A DNA stretch of 64,000 nt from an uncultured Gemmatimonadales bacterium (lineage in GTDB: Bacteria > Gemmatimonadota > Gemmatimonadetes > Longimicrobiales > RSA9), in the NCBI GenBank assembly GCA_963783305.1, contig CAWAMW010000007.1, positions 1-64,000 on the forward strand, given 5' to 3'. Of the stretch, positions 36,521-45,918 are shown one piece after another. Numbering within the stretch: position 1 is the first letter of the stretch; each line of letters begins with the position of its first letter. A program made the position numbers and the translations under genes. Below the pieces are notes generated by a model. The model made no database searches. It was not told the DNA's origin and saw only the letters and a program-made list of their open reading frames with translations.

Positions 36521-38788
36521 ATGACCAGGACCCTGCTGGTTCTTTACGCCACGCTGGTGACCACGCTGGCGCTCGGATGCGCTGCGCCGACCTCCGACCC
36601 CGGTGGCGGCCCGCCGTCTCCCGCGCCTGCCGTCGCCGAAACCGGCGCCTCCCCTGACTCGACGGCGATCGAGCTCGGGACGGCCTCCGCTGCGACCGTC
36701 CTGGAGGCGCCGTCGGCGCCGCCATCGCTGCTGGACGAGGGCGACCCGGCGTCGCTGCGGACGGCGGTCGCCAGCAGCCTCGACTTCCTGGCCGCGCTTC
36801 CGGGCGACTCACTGCTCGAGTTCGGCGTGCGCACCGTTCCGGCGAAGCGCCTGCGTGCGGGGCTGTCAGCCCTCTACGATTTCCTGGGCACGGACCCCGA
36901 TCCCCAGGCGCTCGCGGACTGGATCGCGGCGCGGTTCGACGTGGTCGAGTCGGTCGGAAACACGGAGGGCGAAGTGCTGTTCACCGGCTATTACGAGCCG
37001 GTAGTCCCCGGCTGCCGACAGCGGACCGAGCGGTGCATGGTCCCGGTCTACGGACCGCCGGCCGACCTCGTCCGGATCCCCATCGGGGCGTTCGGCCCCG
37101 ACCTGCCGGACCGCCGCCTCACGGGCCGGGTCACGGACGCGGGCGTGGTGGTGCCGTACTACACGCGGCGCGAGATCCGCGAGCAGGAGGTCCTGGCCGA
37201 TCGCGGGCTCGAAATCGCATGGGTCGAGGACCGGGTCGACCTGTTCTTCGTGGAGGTCCAGGGCAGCGGCGCGATCCGGTTCCCGGACGGCAGCGAGCTG
37301 GGGATCGGCGTCGGCGCGAGCAATGGCCGCCCGTACCGGAGCATCGGGCGTTTCCTGATCGACGAAGGGCTGGTGCCCGCCGAGGAAATGTCCATGCAGG
37401 CGATCCGGCGGTATCTGGCCGCGTACCCGGAGGAGGTCCCGCGGGTCCTCAACCACAACGAGTCGTTCATTTTCTTCCGCACCCGGGATACGCCGCCGAT
37501 CGGATCCCTCGGCCAGCCGGTCACTCCGGTGCGAAGCATCGCCACCGACTACCGGATTTTCCCTCGCGGCGCGCTCACGTTCATCGACACCCGCCGGCCC
37601 ACGGTCGATTCGGACGGGCGCGTGGTGGATGGCGAGCCGCTCCGGCGGTTCATGCTGAACCAGGACACCGGCGGCGCGATCCGCGGGCCCGGCCGGGTGG
37701 ACGTCTTCTGGGGAAGGGGCGATGACGCCGCCGAAACCGCCGGCCGGATGCAGCAGACCGGTCGGCTCTTCTTCCTGGTCCCCCGGTCGGACGCCTTCGA
37801 CGGGGCCGCCGCGGACGCGGTGAGGCCGGGGCCGGGGGCTGCCGGAAGGGCCGGCCCACTCCGGGTCGTCGTCATGAGTGACCTGAACTCCGCCTACGGC
37901 TCGACCCGCTACGAACCCGAAGTCCACATGGCCGTCCGCAGGACCGTCGAACAATGGCGCCCCGGCCTTGTGCTCATCGCGGGGGACATGGTGGCCGGGC
38001 AGAAGCCGTCGTTGTCGGACGAGCGGGTGCGCGCCATGTGGGCAGCGTTCGACTCGGCCGTCACGGAGCCGCTCCGCCGGGCGGGCATCCCGTTCGCCTT
38101 CACGGTCGGTAACCACGACGCCTCGGGACACCCCGCCCACGAACGAGACCGGCGGGAGGCGGCGCGGCACTGGCAGCCGTCCGACCTGGGGGTCCAAGTC
38201 CTGGAGGGCGGCCGCTTCCCGTTCTACTACGCCTTCACGCAGGGGGACGTCTTCTTCCTCGTCCTCGACGCCAGCACTGGAGCCGTTGCGGCAGACTCGG
38301 CGCAGATGGCGTGGGTGCGGCGCACCCTGGCCAGCGAGCCGGCGCGGTCGGCGGGGATGCGCGTCTCGATGGGCCACGTTCCCCTCTACCCGGTGGCCCG
38401 GGGCCGCGACCGGCCGGGTGAGGTTCAGGCGCAGGCGGATTCGGTCCGCCATGTCCTGGAGCGCGGCGACGTCCGGGTCCACGTCTCCGGGCACCACCAC
38501 GCCTATTTCCCTGGCCGCCGGGGAGACCTGGAACTGCTGCACGCGGGCGCGCTGGGCCAGGGCGCCCGGCCGCTGCTGGCCGAGGGGGCGGGCGAGCCGA
38601 TCCAGACGGTTACGGTACTGGAGCTGTTCCCGGCGGAGGACCGGTGGGCGGAGCGCACCTACCGGGTCGGCGGCGCTATGGTCGGGCCGGTGGATCCGTG
38701 CGGCCTGCCCGCCCAGGTGGGCCCTTCCCGTGATCGCCTCGACCGGGTCCAGCGAGTTCTTTTCAGGGTCCGTTGCCAGCAGCGGTAG
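36521..38788 (+). CDS. Lipoprotein fusing MltA lytic transglycosylase to a calcineurin-like metallophosphoesterase
   Basis: Lipobox ALG-C; FTGYYEP, FFVEVQGSG, QDTGGAIRGPGRVDVFWG; then SDLN, GDMV, GNHD, GHVP, SGHHH; start is 36512 or 36521. Confidence 0.88.
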   Translation: MTRTLLVLYATLVTTLALGCAAPTSDPGGGPPSPAPAVAETGASPDSTAIELGTASAATVLEAPSAPPSLLDEGDPASLRTAVASSLDFLAALPGDSLLEFGVRTVPAKRLRAGLSALYDFLGTDPDPQALADWIAARFDVVESVGNTEGEVLFTGYYEPVVPGCRQRTERCMVPVYGPPADLVRIPIGAFGPDLPDRRLTGRVTDAGVVVPYYTRREIREQEVLADRGLEIAWVEDRVDLFFVEVQGSGAIRFPDGSELGIGVGASNGRPYRSIGRFLIDEGLVPAEEMSMQAIRRYLAAYPEEVPRVLNHNESFIFFRTRDTPPIGSLGQPVTPVRSIATDYRIFPRGALTFIDTRRPTVDSDGRVVDGEPLRRFMLNQDTGGAIRGPGRVDVFWGRGDDAAETAGRMQQTGRLFFLVPRSDAFDGAAADAVRPGPGAAGRAGPLRVVVMSDLNSAYGSTRYEPEVHMAVRRTVEQWRPGLVLIAGDMVAGQKPSLSDERVRAMWAAFDSAVTEPLRRAGIPFAFTVGNHDASGHPAHERDRREAARHWQPSDLGVQVLEGGRFPFYYAFTQGDVFFLVLDASTGAVAADSAQMAWVRRTLASEPARSAGMRVSMGHVPLYPVARGRDRPGEVQAQADSVRHVLERGDVRVHVSGHHHAYFPGRRGDLELLHAGALGQGARPLLAEGAGEPIQTVTVLELFPAEDRWAERTYRVGGAMVGPVDPCGLPAQVGPSRDRLDRVQRVLFRVRCQQR

Positions 38789-39118
38789 GTCTGCCTCACG
38801 GAGGCAGCGGAACGATGTCGTCTCGAACCATGGAGCCCGGGTAAGCGGCGGCGGAGAGGTGCCGGCTTCGGAGGACGGCGAGCCGGTGCAGATCGGCGCC
38901 GGGGACCACCCCCCCCCCGAGGTGGCCACGTTCACAGGGAGCGCCACGGTCCGCTGCGGCGGAAGCCGGGACCTCCCGTCTTGCCCGCCGCTCGTTCTGC
39001 CGTGAAGTTGGAGCGGCGTCGCGGTCCCAGGCCCATACCGGATGTGCGAATTCAGGTGTGAGTCCAGCGGCGGCACAGCTAGCTGGTCGCCCCTGAAGGC
39101 CAAGGGGTGACGTCACCT

Positions 39119-39202
39119 GGAGGGCTAGTCCTAATTGGTAAGGCAGCGGTCTTGAAAACCGCCGGGCGAAAGCCCATCGGGGTTCGAATCCCCGGCCCTC
39201 CG
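39119..39202 (+). tRNA. tRNA-Ser(TGA), CCA not encoded
   Basis: Acceptor GGAGGGC/GCCCTCC; anticodon arm GCGGT-CTTGAAA-ACCGC; long variable arm GGGC-GAAA-GCCC; T arm CGGGG-TTCGAAT-CCCCG; discriminator G. Confidence 0.96.
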
Positions 39203-39270
39203 CTTTCCAGTAACGGCGCGGGTTTTCGGCTTTTCGCCGGTGGTCCGCGCCCCTGGCAACTTCTTGGAGC

Positions 39271-39292
39271 TTGGTCACCGATTTGGTCACCG
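39271..39292. repeat. Tandem 10-bp direct repeat TTGGTCACCG, candidate integrase arm-type sites
   Basis: Copies at 39271-39280 and 39283-39292, about 70 nt after the tRNA 3' end. Confidence 0.55.
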
Positions 39293-39570
39293 GAGCTCTC
39301 CACGCCAGCTTTCTCCTGCCCTGCCAGTCCGTCGAATCGCGTTGGCCCGCGTGCCACTTCATACTGGAACGACGGCATTAGAGGTGGAGTCGAGGGAGGT
39401 CGCGGCGCTGATCCCATTCGACGACGACGAGGTGCTGGCTGAGTTCTAGCGGTACCTGAACGACGGCGGCCGTCGGCAGCCCACGGGCCCGGCGGCCGTC
39501 GTCATCCATCCATACCCGCTTGCTCGCCAGACCCCGAACGCCCCGTCCTGTGATCGTGATTCGCGTGGAT

Positions 39571-40914
39571 TCAGCGGGCCCTTGGAGTCGCCCCCACCTT
39601 CCCTCCCAACCACGTCCCCACCTCCGAGTCGTACCGGAAGTGAATCCCCAGGTACAGTCGTGAGAGCGAGCACTCGACGGCCGCGTCGTTGAAGCTGTCG
39701 AACGCGCGCGTCGCCGGGTCCATGCGCATCTTGCCGGAGAACGGCCCGGCGGAGTCGACGAGAGGGATGGTCATTTCGAACGGGCGGTCCTCGCCAAAGA
39801 CGTCCCCGAGCACGACGGCCGCCGCGGCGCACGCGGTGCCGTGGGCGGACGGATACGATGGGAACGCGTACGTGTGGTCGTGCAGGTTGGTCCACGCGCT
39901 GTCGGGCTCGGTGCCCGGGTTGCCGTCGTGGGCGGCCCAGCGGATGGCGGTGTACGGGCGCCAGTGATTGTAGTGGAATTTGGCGTCGAAGACCGCCACA
40001 TAGCCATCGAAGACGACGGCATTGAGCAGCGCGAACAGGCGCGCGGCCTGCCACGCGTCCAGCTCATCGGCCGTCGCCAGTTCGCGCGCCAGTCGGTTGT
40101 GTGAGCTCTCGACGAACTCCTTCCACCACATGGCCAGGTGTGTCTGGTCGGCCGTCCGCGTCGCGCTCTCCCGGGCGCCGACCCTTTTCACTTCGTCGAA
40201 TGCGCGCCTATAGGCGTCACTGTCGATGGCGGGCGGCGGTCCCGGTCGGAACTGGCTGGCGCTGTCGAGCAGGAACGGCCGCGCCTTCGCCCAGCCCGCG
40301 CCGAACACGAAGCCCTCGGGCGTGCCGCTGTGCGCATTGAACGCGGCATAGACGCCCGGCCCCATGGGATGCCATACGTACTCCGCCTCGCCCGCCCAGC
40401 CGTCGTCTTCCCTCCCGATCAGAATCGCGGCGGCGGCGCGCTCGCCCAGGGCGCGGGCGACCGTGTCGGCGGCGTCGCTCCAGCGCGCTCGCTCCGCGTC
40501 CCATGTGGCCAGTCGGTCCGGGTACTGGGACACGACGACGGCGTACGCCGCTTCGTTCGCGGCGGCCACCGGATGCACTCCCTGCGCGCCGTCGAGGGCC
40601 GTCTGGAGCGCGAACGGCGCGAAGCGCGGGTCGATGGCGTTGAGCGCGTCGTGCATGGCCATGTGCGCCATGGTCGCCGTTCGCACGCCCTTGAGCGTGA
40701 GGAACCCGTCTTCCTCTTCGGCCGCGCCAAGGATGCGTTCGTTCCAGGAGACGACGACATCGCCGGACGCGCGCGCATCCGCGTGGTCGCTTCCAGGGCC
40801 GGGCTCGACTCCGGGATTTGCGCAGCCGGCGAACGCGGCGAAAGCGAGAACGAGGAGTGGGCCGGCCGCGGCGGCGCGGACCAGCATCGACAGACGCGAG
40901 CGAACGACAACCAT
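39571..40914 (-). CDS. Vanadium haloperoxidase-like / PAP2 superfamily lipoprotein
   Basis: GGAGG RBS; lipobox FAG-C; KFHYNHWRP, PSYPSAH, SRLYLGIHF. Confidence 0.88.
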   Translation of the reverse strand: MVVVRSRLSMLVRAAAAGPLLVLAFAAFAGCANPGVEPGPGSDHADARASGDVVVSWNERILGAAEEEDGFLTLKGVRTATMAHMAMHDALNAIDPRFAPFALQTALDGAQGVHPVAAANEAAYAVVVSQYPDRLATWDAERARWSDAADTVARALGERAAAAILIGREDDGWAGEAEYVWHPMGPGVYAAFNAHSGTPEGFVFGAGWAKARPFLLDSASQFRPGPPPAIDSDAYRRAFDEVKRVGARESATRTADQTHLAMWWKEFVESSHNRLARELATADELDAWQAARLFALLNAVVFDGYVAVFDAKFHYNHWRPYTAIRWAAHDGNPGTEPDSAWTNLHDHTYAFPSYPSAHGTACAAAAVVLGDVFGEDRPFEMTIPLVDSAGPFSGKMRMDPATRAFDSFNDAAVECSLSRLYLGIHFRYDSEVGTWLGGKVGATPRAR

Positions 40915-40971
40915 GATGACGCCTCCGGTAGGGGTACTCGGAGACGCTAGGGCGGGTGCGCGACGTTTGCT

Positions 40972-41016
40972 ACTACAAAAAATGTAGTTGACAGTCGACG
41001 CTATCGGACGAACCGT
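40972..41016 (+). promoter_or_regulatory. Inverted-repeat operator abutting a sigma70-type promoter
   Basis: ACTACA-N5-TGTAGT (40972-40988); TTGACA (40988-40993), 17-nt spacer, AACCGT (41011-41016). Confidence 0.65.
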
Positions 41017-41022
41017 GGGGGC

Positions 41023-41751
41023 ATGTCGAACGGATACGGGCAGTACTGTCCTCTGTCGCTCGCGAGCGAACTGCTGTGTCGGCGCTGGTCGCTGCTGGTG
41101 GTCAGCCGCGTGATGCTGGGCTGCACGCGCTTCAACGCGATCCATCGCGGGCTGCCGCAGATGTCTCCCACCCTGCTCAGCCGGCGGCTGGACGAGCTGG
41201 TTGGCGCGGGCGTGCTGACGGCCACGCAGTCGTCGCGTGGAGACTGGCGCGAGTACGGCCTGACGGACGCGGGCGCGGAACTCGGGCCGCTGGTCGAGGC
41301 CATGGCTACGTGGGGTCAGCGCTGGGCACGCGAGATGGAGCTGGACGACCTCGACCCGGCGTTCCTCGTGTGGAGCATGCACACGCGCGTGGCTGTGGAC
41401 GCGCTGCCCGCGGGCCGTACGGTCATCGCGTTCCTCTTCTCGGCCGCGCCGCCCGACTGTCGTCGCTTCTGGCTGGTGTGCGAAGAGGGCGAGGTAGAGA
41501 TGTGCCTGAAGGACCCGGGCCACCACGTGGATGTGCGCGTGCGCGCGGACCTGCGCGTATTCATTGAGACGTGGCGCGGCTTCCGCGATCTGCGCTGCGA
41601 GATCCGCGCGGGCCGCATCCAGCTCATTGGCGCGCGCTCTCTCCGCGAAGACTTCCCCACCTGGTTCCTGCTGCATTCGCACGCTCACGTCGAACGCATG
41701 CGACCCGGTCGCGAGCGGCGGCTATCGCGCGTAACGGGGCCGCGCACGTAG
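41023..41751 (+). CDS. HxlR-family wHTH regulator with C-terminal SCP2-like domain
   Basis: YGQYCPL, RWSLLV, RFNAIHRGLP, LSRRLDEL, YGLTDAG, WG. Confidence 0.9.
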   Translation: MSNGYGQYCPLSLASELLCRRWSLLVVSRVMLGCTRFNAIHRGLPQMSPTLLSRRLDELVGAGVLTATQSSRGDWREYGLTDAGAELGPLVEAMATWGQRWAREMELDDLDPAFLVWSMHTRVAVDALPAGRTVIAFLFSAAPPDCRRFWLVCEEGEVEMCLKDPGHHVDVRVRADLRVFIETWRGFRDLRCEIRAGRIQLIGARSLREDFPTWFLLHSHAHVERMRPGRERRLSRVTGPRT

Positions 41752-41789
41752 TTCGCCGCCGGCTGTCCAACGGCGCCTCCCCCGGGCCT

Positions 41790-41975
41790 CCCGGCCCCCC
41801 CGCGCAGGTCGTGCCCACGAGCACGGCTCACTCCACCCCGCCGGGCGCCATCCAGCGCTCCAGGTACCCAGCCTGGGCGGAGAAAGAGATGTCACGACCG
41901 ACGCCTGCGGCCATGCTCTCGCCGTAGCCGACCATTTCCCAGGCAAGGGCCCGCGCTCCCCTCAGACGGGGATGA
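41790..41975 (-). pseudogene. Decayed alpha/beta hydrolase fragment
   Basis: Minus strand reads ...ARALAWEMVGYGES...DISFSAQAGYL...GVE*AVLVG[-1]DLRGG; in-frame TGA at 41828-41830 and a one-base loss in the GHDxGG elbow. Confidence 0.65.
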
Positions 41976-42154
41976 CATGGTTTCGGTTCCGTGTCGGGTC
42001 GGGCAACCGGGTTGCGGACGTATTGTTCCCGTAGCCGGTTGCCCCGCCCGGTATGCGGATACAGTGCCGGACAAGGACGTACACGATCCTGGGCTCGCCC
42101 TCGGGCGGGCCCAAATCATTGGCGAATGGGCCCTATCAGCCCGAGCAGAACAGG

Positions 42155-42544
42155 TCAGTTCCAGATCCCGAGACGGCTCACCACGAGAACGGCCAGCGTC
42201 AGCCATATCAGCACGACCGCGACCGCCGCGGCGACCCCCAGGCGTCCTTCCGGTTCGCCGGCCTTGCGCGTGGCCGCGGCCCTGGCCTCTTCCCAGACTG
42301 CCGGTGGTGTGAGCCGGATGAACAATGCCACGCCCAGGGGCACGAGCACGAGGTCGTCGAGATACCCGAGGACCGGGATGAAGTCCGGGATGAGATCGAT
42401 GGGGCTGAACGCGTAGGCGGCGACCGCGAGCGCCAGGGTCTTCGCGTACCATGGCACCCGCGGATCATGCCCCGCGAGGTATACCGCATGGACTTCGATC
42501 TTCATCCGGCGGGCCCACGACTTCCACCGATCGAGGGTGCTCAC
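42155..42544 (-). CDS. YkvA (DUF1232) family membrane protein
   Basis: [33 protein letters not shown] overlaps the upstream stop. Confidence 0.9.
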   Translation of the reverse strand: MSTLDRWKSWARRMKIEVHAVYLAGHDPRVPWYAKTLALAVAAYAFSPIDLIPDFIPVLGYLDDLVLVPLGVALFIRLTPPAVWEEARAAATRKAGEPEGRLGVAAAVAVVLIWLTLAVLVVSRLGIWN

Positions 42545-43455
42545 GGAGGGTCCTGCCTCCGATCGATGCTCACGTCCTCCCAGGCCACGGGATCTTCGAT
42601 CGGCTCCAGGTGCGTGAACACCGTGATCCGGGGGACGGCCTCCCGGATCTCGGCCTCGATCCGCTCCAGGAGGTCGTGGCCCTCCTGGACCGTCCAGTCG
42701 CCGGGTACGAGCACATGCACCGACATGAAACGGCGCCTCCCCGACCGACGCGTGCGGAGGGCGTGAAACTGGATTCCCTCTTTCCTGTGGCGGTCGAGAA
42801 CCTCCCGGATGGAATCCTGGACCTCCACCGGAAGCGCCGTGTCCAGAAGTCCCAGCATGGACCGCCGGAGGAGCGACACGCCGACGCGGGTGATATTCGC
42901 GGCGACGAGCAGGGCCACCAGCGGGTCCAGCACATTCCAACCCGTGAGGCCCACCAACCCGACCCCCGCCAGGACCCCCACCGAGGTCCAGACGTCCGTC
43001 ATCAGGTGATGGGCGTCGGCTTCGAGGGCGATGGACTCGTGCTCGGCCGCGGCACGCAGGAGGAGTCGCGCCACCACGAGATTGACCATTGAGGCGACGA
43101 CCGATATGGCCAGTCCGATCCCGACGCGCTCGAGCGGTTGCGGGTCGAACAGCCGATCGACGGACGTGACCGCGATCATCACCGCCGCGACCAGAACGAG
43201 CGCGCCCTCGAACCCGCTCGAGAAGTACTCGGCCTTCGTGTGGCCGTAGGCGTGCTCCTCGTCGGCGGGGCGGCTGGCGACGGCGAGGGCGCGAAGGGCT
43301 ACAATGGCCGCCGCCAGATTGACCAGGGACTCGAGTGCGTCCGAGAGCAGCCCGACGGAGTCGGTCAGGACGTATGCGCCACCCTTGAGCGCGATGGTGA
43401 CGAGCGCCGCGGCAATGGAGAGCCACGCGTAGCCGGTGAGGCTTCTCTGTTCCAC
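42541..43455 (-). CDS. Cation diffusion facilitator (FieF-like)
   Basis: [37 protein letters not shown]43455 after GGAGG. Confidence 0.92.
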   Translation of the reverse strand: MEQRSLTGYAWLSIAAALVTIALKGGAYVLTDSVGLLSDALESLVNLAAAIVALRALAVASRPADEEHAYGHTKAEYFSSGFEGALVLVAAVMIAVTSVDRLFDPQPLERVGIGLAISVVASMVNLVVARLLLRAAAEHESIALEADAHHLMTDVWTSVGVLAGVGLVGLTGWNVLDPLVALLVAANITRVGVSLLRRSMLGLLDTALPVEVQDSIREVLDRHRKEGIQFHALRTRRSGRRRFMSVHVLVPGDWTVQEGHDLLERIEAEIREAVPRITVFTHLEPIEDPVAWEDVSIDRRQDPP

Positions 43456-43636
43456 CTTCCTCCAATCCACTCGGATCCGACTATCCGCCAGAAGCTGCCC
43501 ATCGAAGCGGTGCTCCAGGAGGCGGAATCGGTGCTGGAGCTGGCGCTCGTGCGGCTTCGAGTGCGCGGTCACCCGGCTCGAGCCGTGCTCCGCCCCTCAG
43601 TTCCGCCGAAACCTCGGTAGGGGCTCCCTCGGCCCC

Positions 43637-44230
43637 TCAGCGGCCATGGGGCGTGTCACCCAGCACCAGGACCAGGCCCACACCGAGCGCCAGATAGGAG
43701 GTCGTCGTTTCCGCCGTCTCACTCGCGCTCTTCACTTCGAACGAATAGCGGCGGTACCGCACGACCGGTCTCACGAAGAGTACGCGGCGCGCAACGGCGA
43801 TATCCACGCCGGCACCCCCCTCGATCGTTCGCAGTCCGTTCGTGTCCACCCGGGCGAACTCCGGTCCGGCGATGGGGGCATCCAGATCATGCCAGCCGAT
43901 GCCGACTTGCGCCCAGGGGCGAATGCGCGTGTCCTCCCGGGACCGAAGCCACAGCTTCAGCCCGGCTCCCAGGCCGCGATCGGTCCAGGTCTGCGCCCGG
44001 TCCTCGATGTTGAAGGAGGTTCGCTCGTACGATCCGTAGAGGCCCAGCGCCCGGGTGAGCCGAATCGTGACGGATGTGCTCCACCCCCACCCGAGCTCCG
44101 CCCCATCGTCCGCGAACTCGCCCAGAGGAATCGCCGGAACGAGGTCCGCGGCCAGGGCGACGGTGGGAGCGCGCTGGGCGGTTGCGGACGTAGCCAGCAG
44201 CAGGAAGGGAACCGCAAGGAAACGGCGCAT
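43637..44230 (-). CDS. Outer-membrane beta-barrel protein (small, 8-strand type)
   Basis: Signal peptide (ATA-Q); alternating amphipathic strands, RPWAQVGIG, GGAGVD, YLALGVGL. Confidence 0.75.
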   Translation of the reverse strand: MRRFLAVPFLLLATSATAQRAPTVALAADLVPAIPLGEFADDGAELGWGWSTSVTIRLTRALGLYGSYERTSFNIEDRAQTWTDRGLGAGLKLWLRSREDTRIRPWAQVGIGWHDLDAPIAGPEFARVDTNGLRTIEGGAGVDIAVARRVLFVRPVVRYRRYSFEVKSASETAETTTSYLALGVGLVLVLGDTPHGR

Positions 44231-44253
44231 GGCTCGGGATCTCTCGGTGTGCG

Positions 44254-44772
44254 TCAGGCCCGCCGGATGGCTCGTATGCCGAGGAACAGCAGTCCGGTGG
44301 ACAGAAGGAGCAGAAGGGATGGCTCCGGAACGCGTGTAGGACCCACATCCGCACTACCGACTCCGGCACCGGCGGCGAGCGGGCCCAGGAGCCACAACGG
44401 ACTCACGCCCTGAGCCGCCACGACGGGCTGGCTCCGCACGGGCCGCACGAGCGCATGCTCGTACAGGGACTGGGAAGGCGAGTACCGCACGGAAACCTCA
44501 GGTGTGGGCAGGCCGCCCTTGATGACCAGCGGAAGCTCTGCGAAGGGCCAGTCGGAAACGGCCAGGCGGGCCGGGAGAGTGTCGGGCGGAGCCGACTGCA
44601 CTACGGTTACGGGGGTGTCGGGCCTGACGGCCTGCTGAGGGCTCAACGTCTCGTCTCCCACAGCCCCCGCCGTCTCGCCAGGAACCTCTTCGGCCACACC
44701 GACCAGCCATCCGACCCCGAGTATCCCCACAAGGACGACCAGCAACGCGGCGCCCCACTTGAATCTATTCAT
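44254..44772 (-). CDS. PEP-CTERM domain protein
   Basis: C-terminus VPEPSLLLLLSTGLLFLGIRAIRRA; N-terminal hydrophobic segment; AAAGG RBS. Confidence 0.8.
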   Translation of the reverse strand: MNRFKWGAALLVVLVGILGVGWLVGVAEEVPGETAGAVGDETLSPQQAVRPDTPVTVVQSAPPDTLPARLAVSDWPFAELPLVIKGGLPTPEVSVRYSPSQSLYEHALVRPVRSQPVVAAQGVSPLWLLGPLAAGAGVGSADVGPTRVPEPSLLLLLSTGLLFLGIRAIRRA

Positions 44773-44806
44773 CAGATACCGCCTTTCACCATCAGACGGA
44801 CCGGCG

Positions 44807-45580
44807 TCACTCGATCAGCACCGCCGTGCCCGTTTCCACCAACTCGAACAGCCGCTCCACGTCCGCGGTGCGCATTCGAATGCAGCCATGGCTCGCTGCG
44901 CTCCCGATGGACCCCCTGTTATACGGAGTCGTGCCGTGGATCAGGTACCCCTCTCCCATGTCCAGAGCCCGTGTTCCAAGCGCGTCCGGAACCTGTCGCT
45001 GCCTCGTCCCGATCGGCGGCATGAACAACACACCATCGACGATGATCTCGCGCCCCGTTGGAACGCTCCAGAAGCGGTCACCAAGCACCCGTACCACATT
45101 CGAACCCCGGATCTCCAGCCGACTTCCATCGGCCAGAGTATACTGCGAACCCCGCGCCAACCGAACCAGATCCAAATGCTCGTAGGCCGCACGCTCGTAA
45201 TAGTGCCACTCGGGAACCGTCCAGACCGGGTCCCGTCGCTTCGCCAGAATCGACCGCTCTCCCCGAGGCGTCTGCCAGTCGAAGGTCCGACCCCCATACC
45301 GGAAGGTCTCCCGGCGCCCTATGGCCACGGAAGCGTCCATGAGGGTGTCCGGCCCCTGCACCAGCCACAGGCGGTACTCGTCGAGGGAGATAATGATCCG
45401 CTTCGCGTCCGTCGAATTCTGGGCGTGAACCGAGATCGGAGTGGCAGCGATCGCTGCCACGATGCACGAGAATGCCACGAGAGCACGCACGCGTGCCGCC
45501 GCCCCGGACCCCCGTCGTGTCAGGGGGATCGCGGCTGGCTCCCGCTTCTTCGCCTTGCGACTTGCTTCTATGCGACGCAT
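44807..45580 (-). CDS. L,D-transpeptidase (YkuD family)
   Basis: TPRG, PVWTVPEWHY, YLIHGT...SIGSAASHGCIRM; signal peptide ending VHA-Q. Confidence 0.9.
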   Translation of the reverse strand: MRRIEASRKAKKREPAAIPLTRRGSGAAARVRALVAFSCIVAAIAATPISVHAQNSTDAKRIIISLDEYRLWLVQGPDTLMDASVAIGRRETFRYGGRTFDWQTPRGERSILAKRRDPVWTVPEWHYYERAAYEHLDLVRLARGSQYTLADGSRLEIRGSNVVRVLGDRFWSVPTGREIIVDGVLFMPPIGTRQRQVPDALGTRALDMGEGYLIHGTTPYNRGSIGSAASHGCIRMRTADVERLFELVETGTAVLIE

Positions 45581-45918
45581 TCTCGACTATGTCGGTCCGC
45601 AGGATTGATGCTCCACGCGGAGAGGCTCCAGGCCCGACATCGGGCCGAGCCTGCCCGCGGTGGGCAGCAAGAACAGTGCGCGTCGCCAGCGGCGCTGCGG
45701 ACGGAGCCGCGGGGTCACAGAATTACACTCGAAAGCCATGGCGTCCCGGAAATGCGTTGCGTGGCCGCCGCACCCGTGGGGGCTGGACCATAGCGCGAGC
45801 ACGTCGTCTGAAAAGTAACACAGCCATGGCGCCGCGGCGGATCCACCAGGCCTGGACAGCTGAACGCCGTTTCCTTTCCTGACCTCCCGGTCGCTTTCGT
45901 CACAGGGACACAGACCAC

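Noticed and set aside
38789..39118. Second RNA gene or terminator upstream of tRNA-Ser
   Set aside because: Only short GC hairpins without U-tracts; no cloverleaf or recognisable motif
40915..41688. N-terminal extension of the 705-aa ORF
   Set aside because: Antisense to the HxlR gene; the real start is ATG40914 with GGAGG
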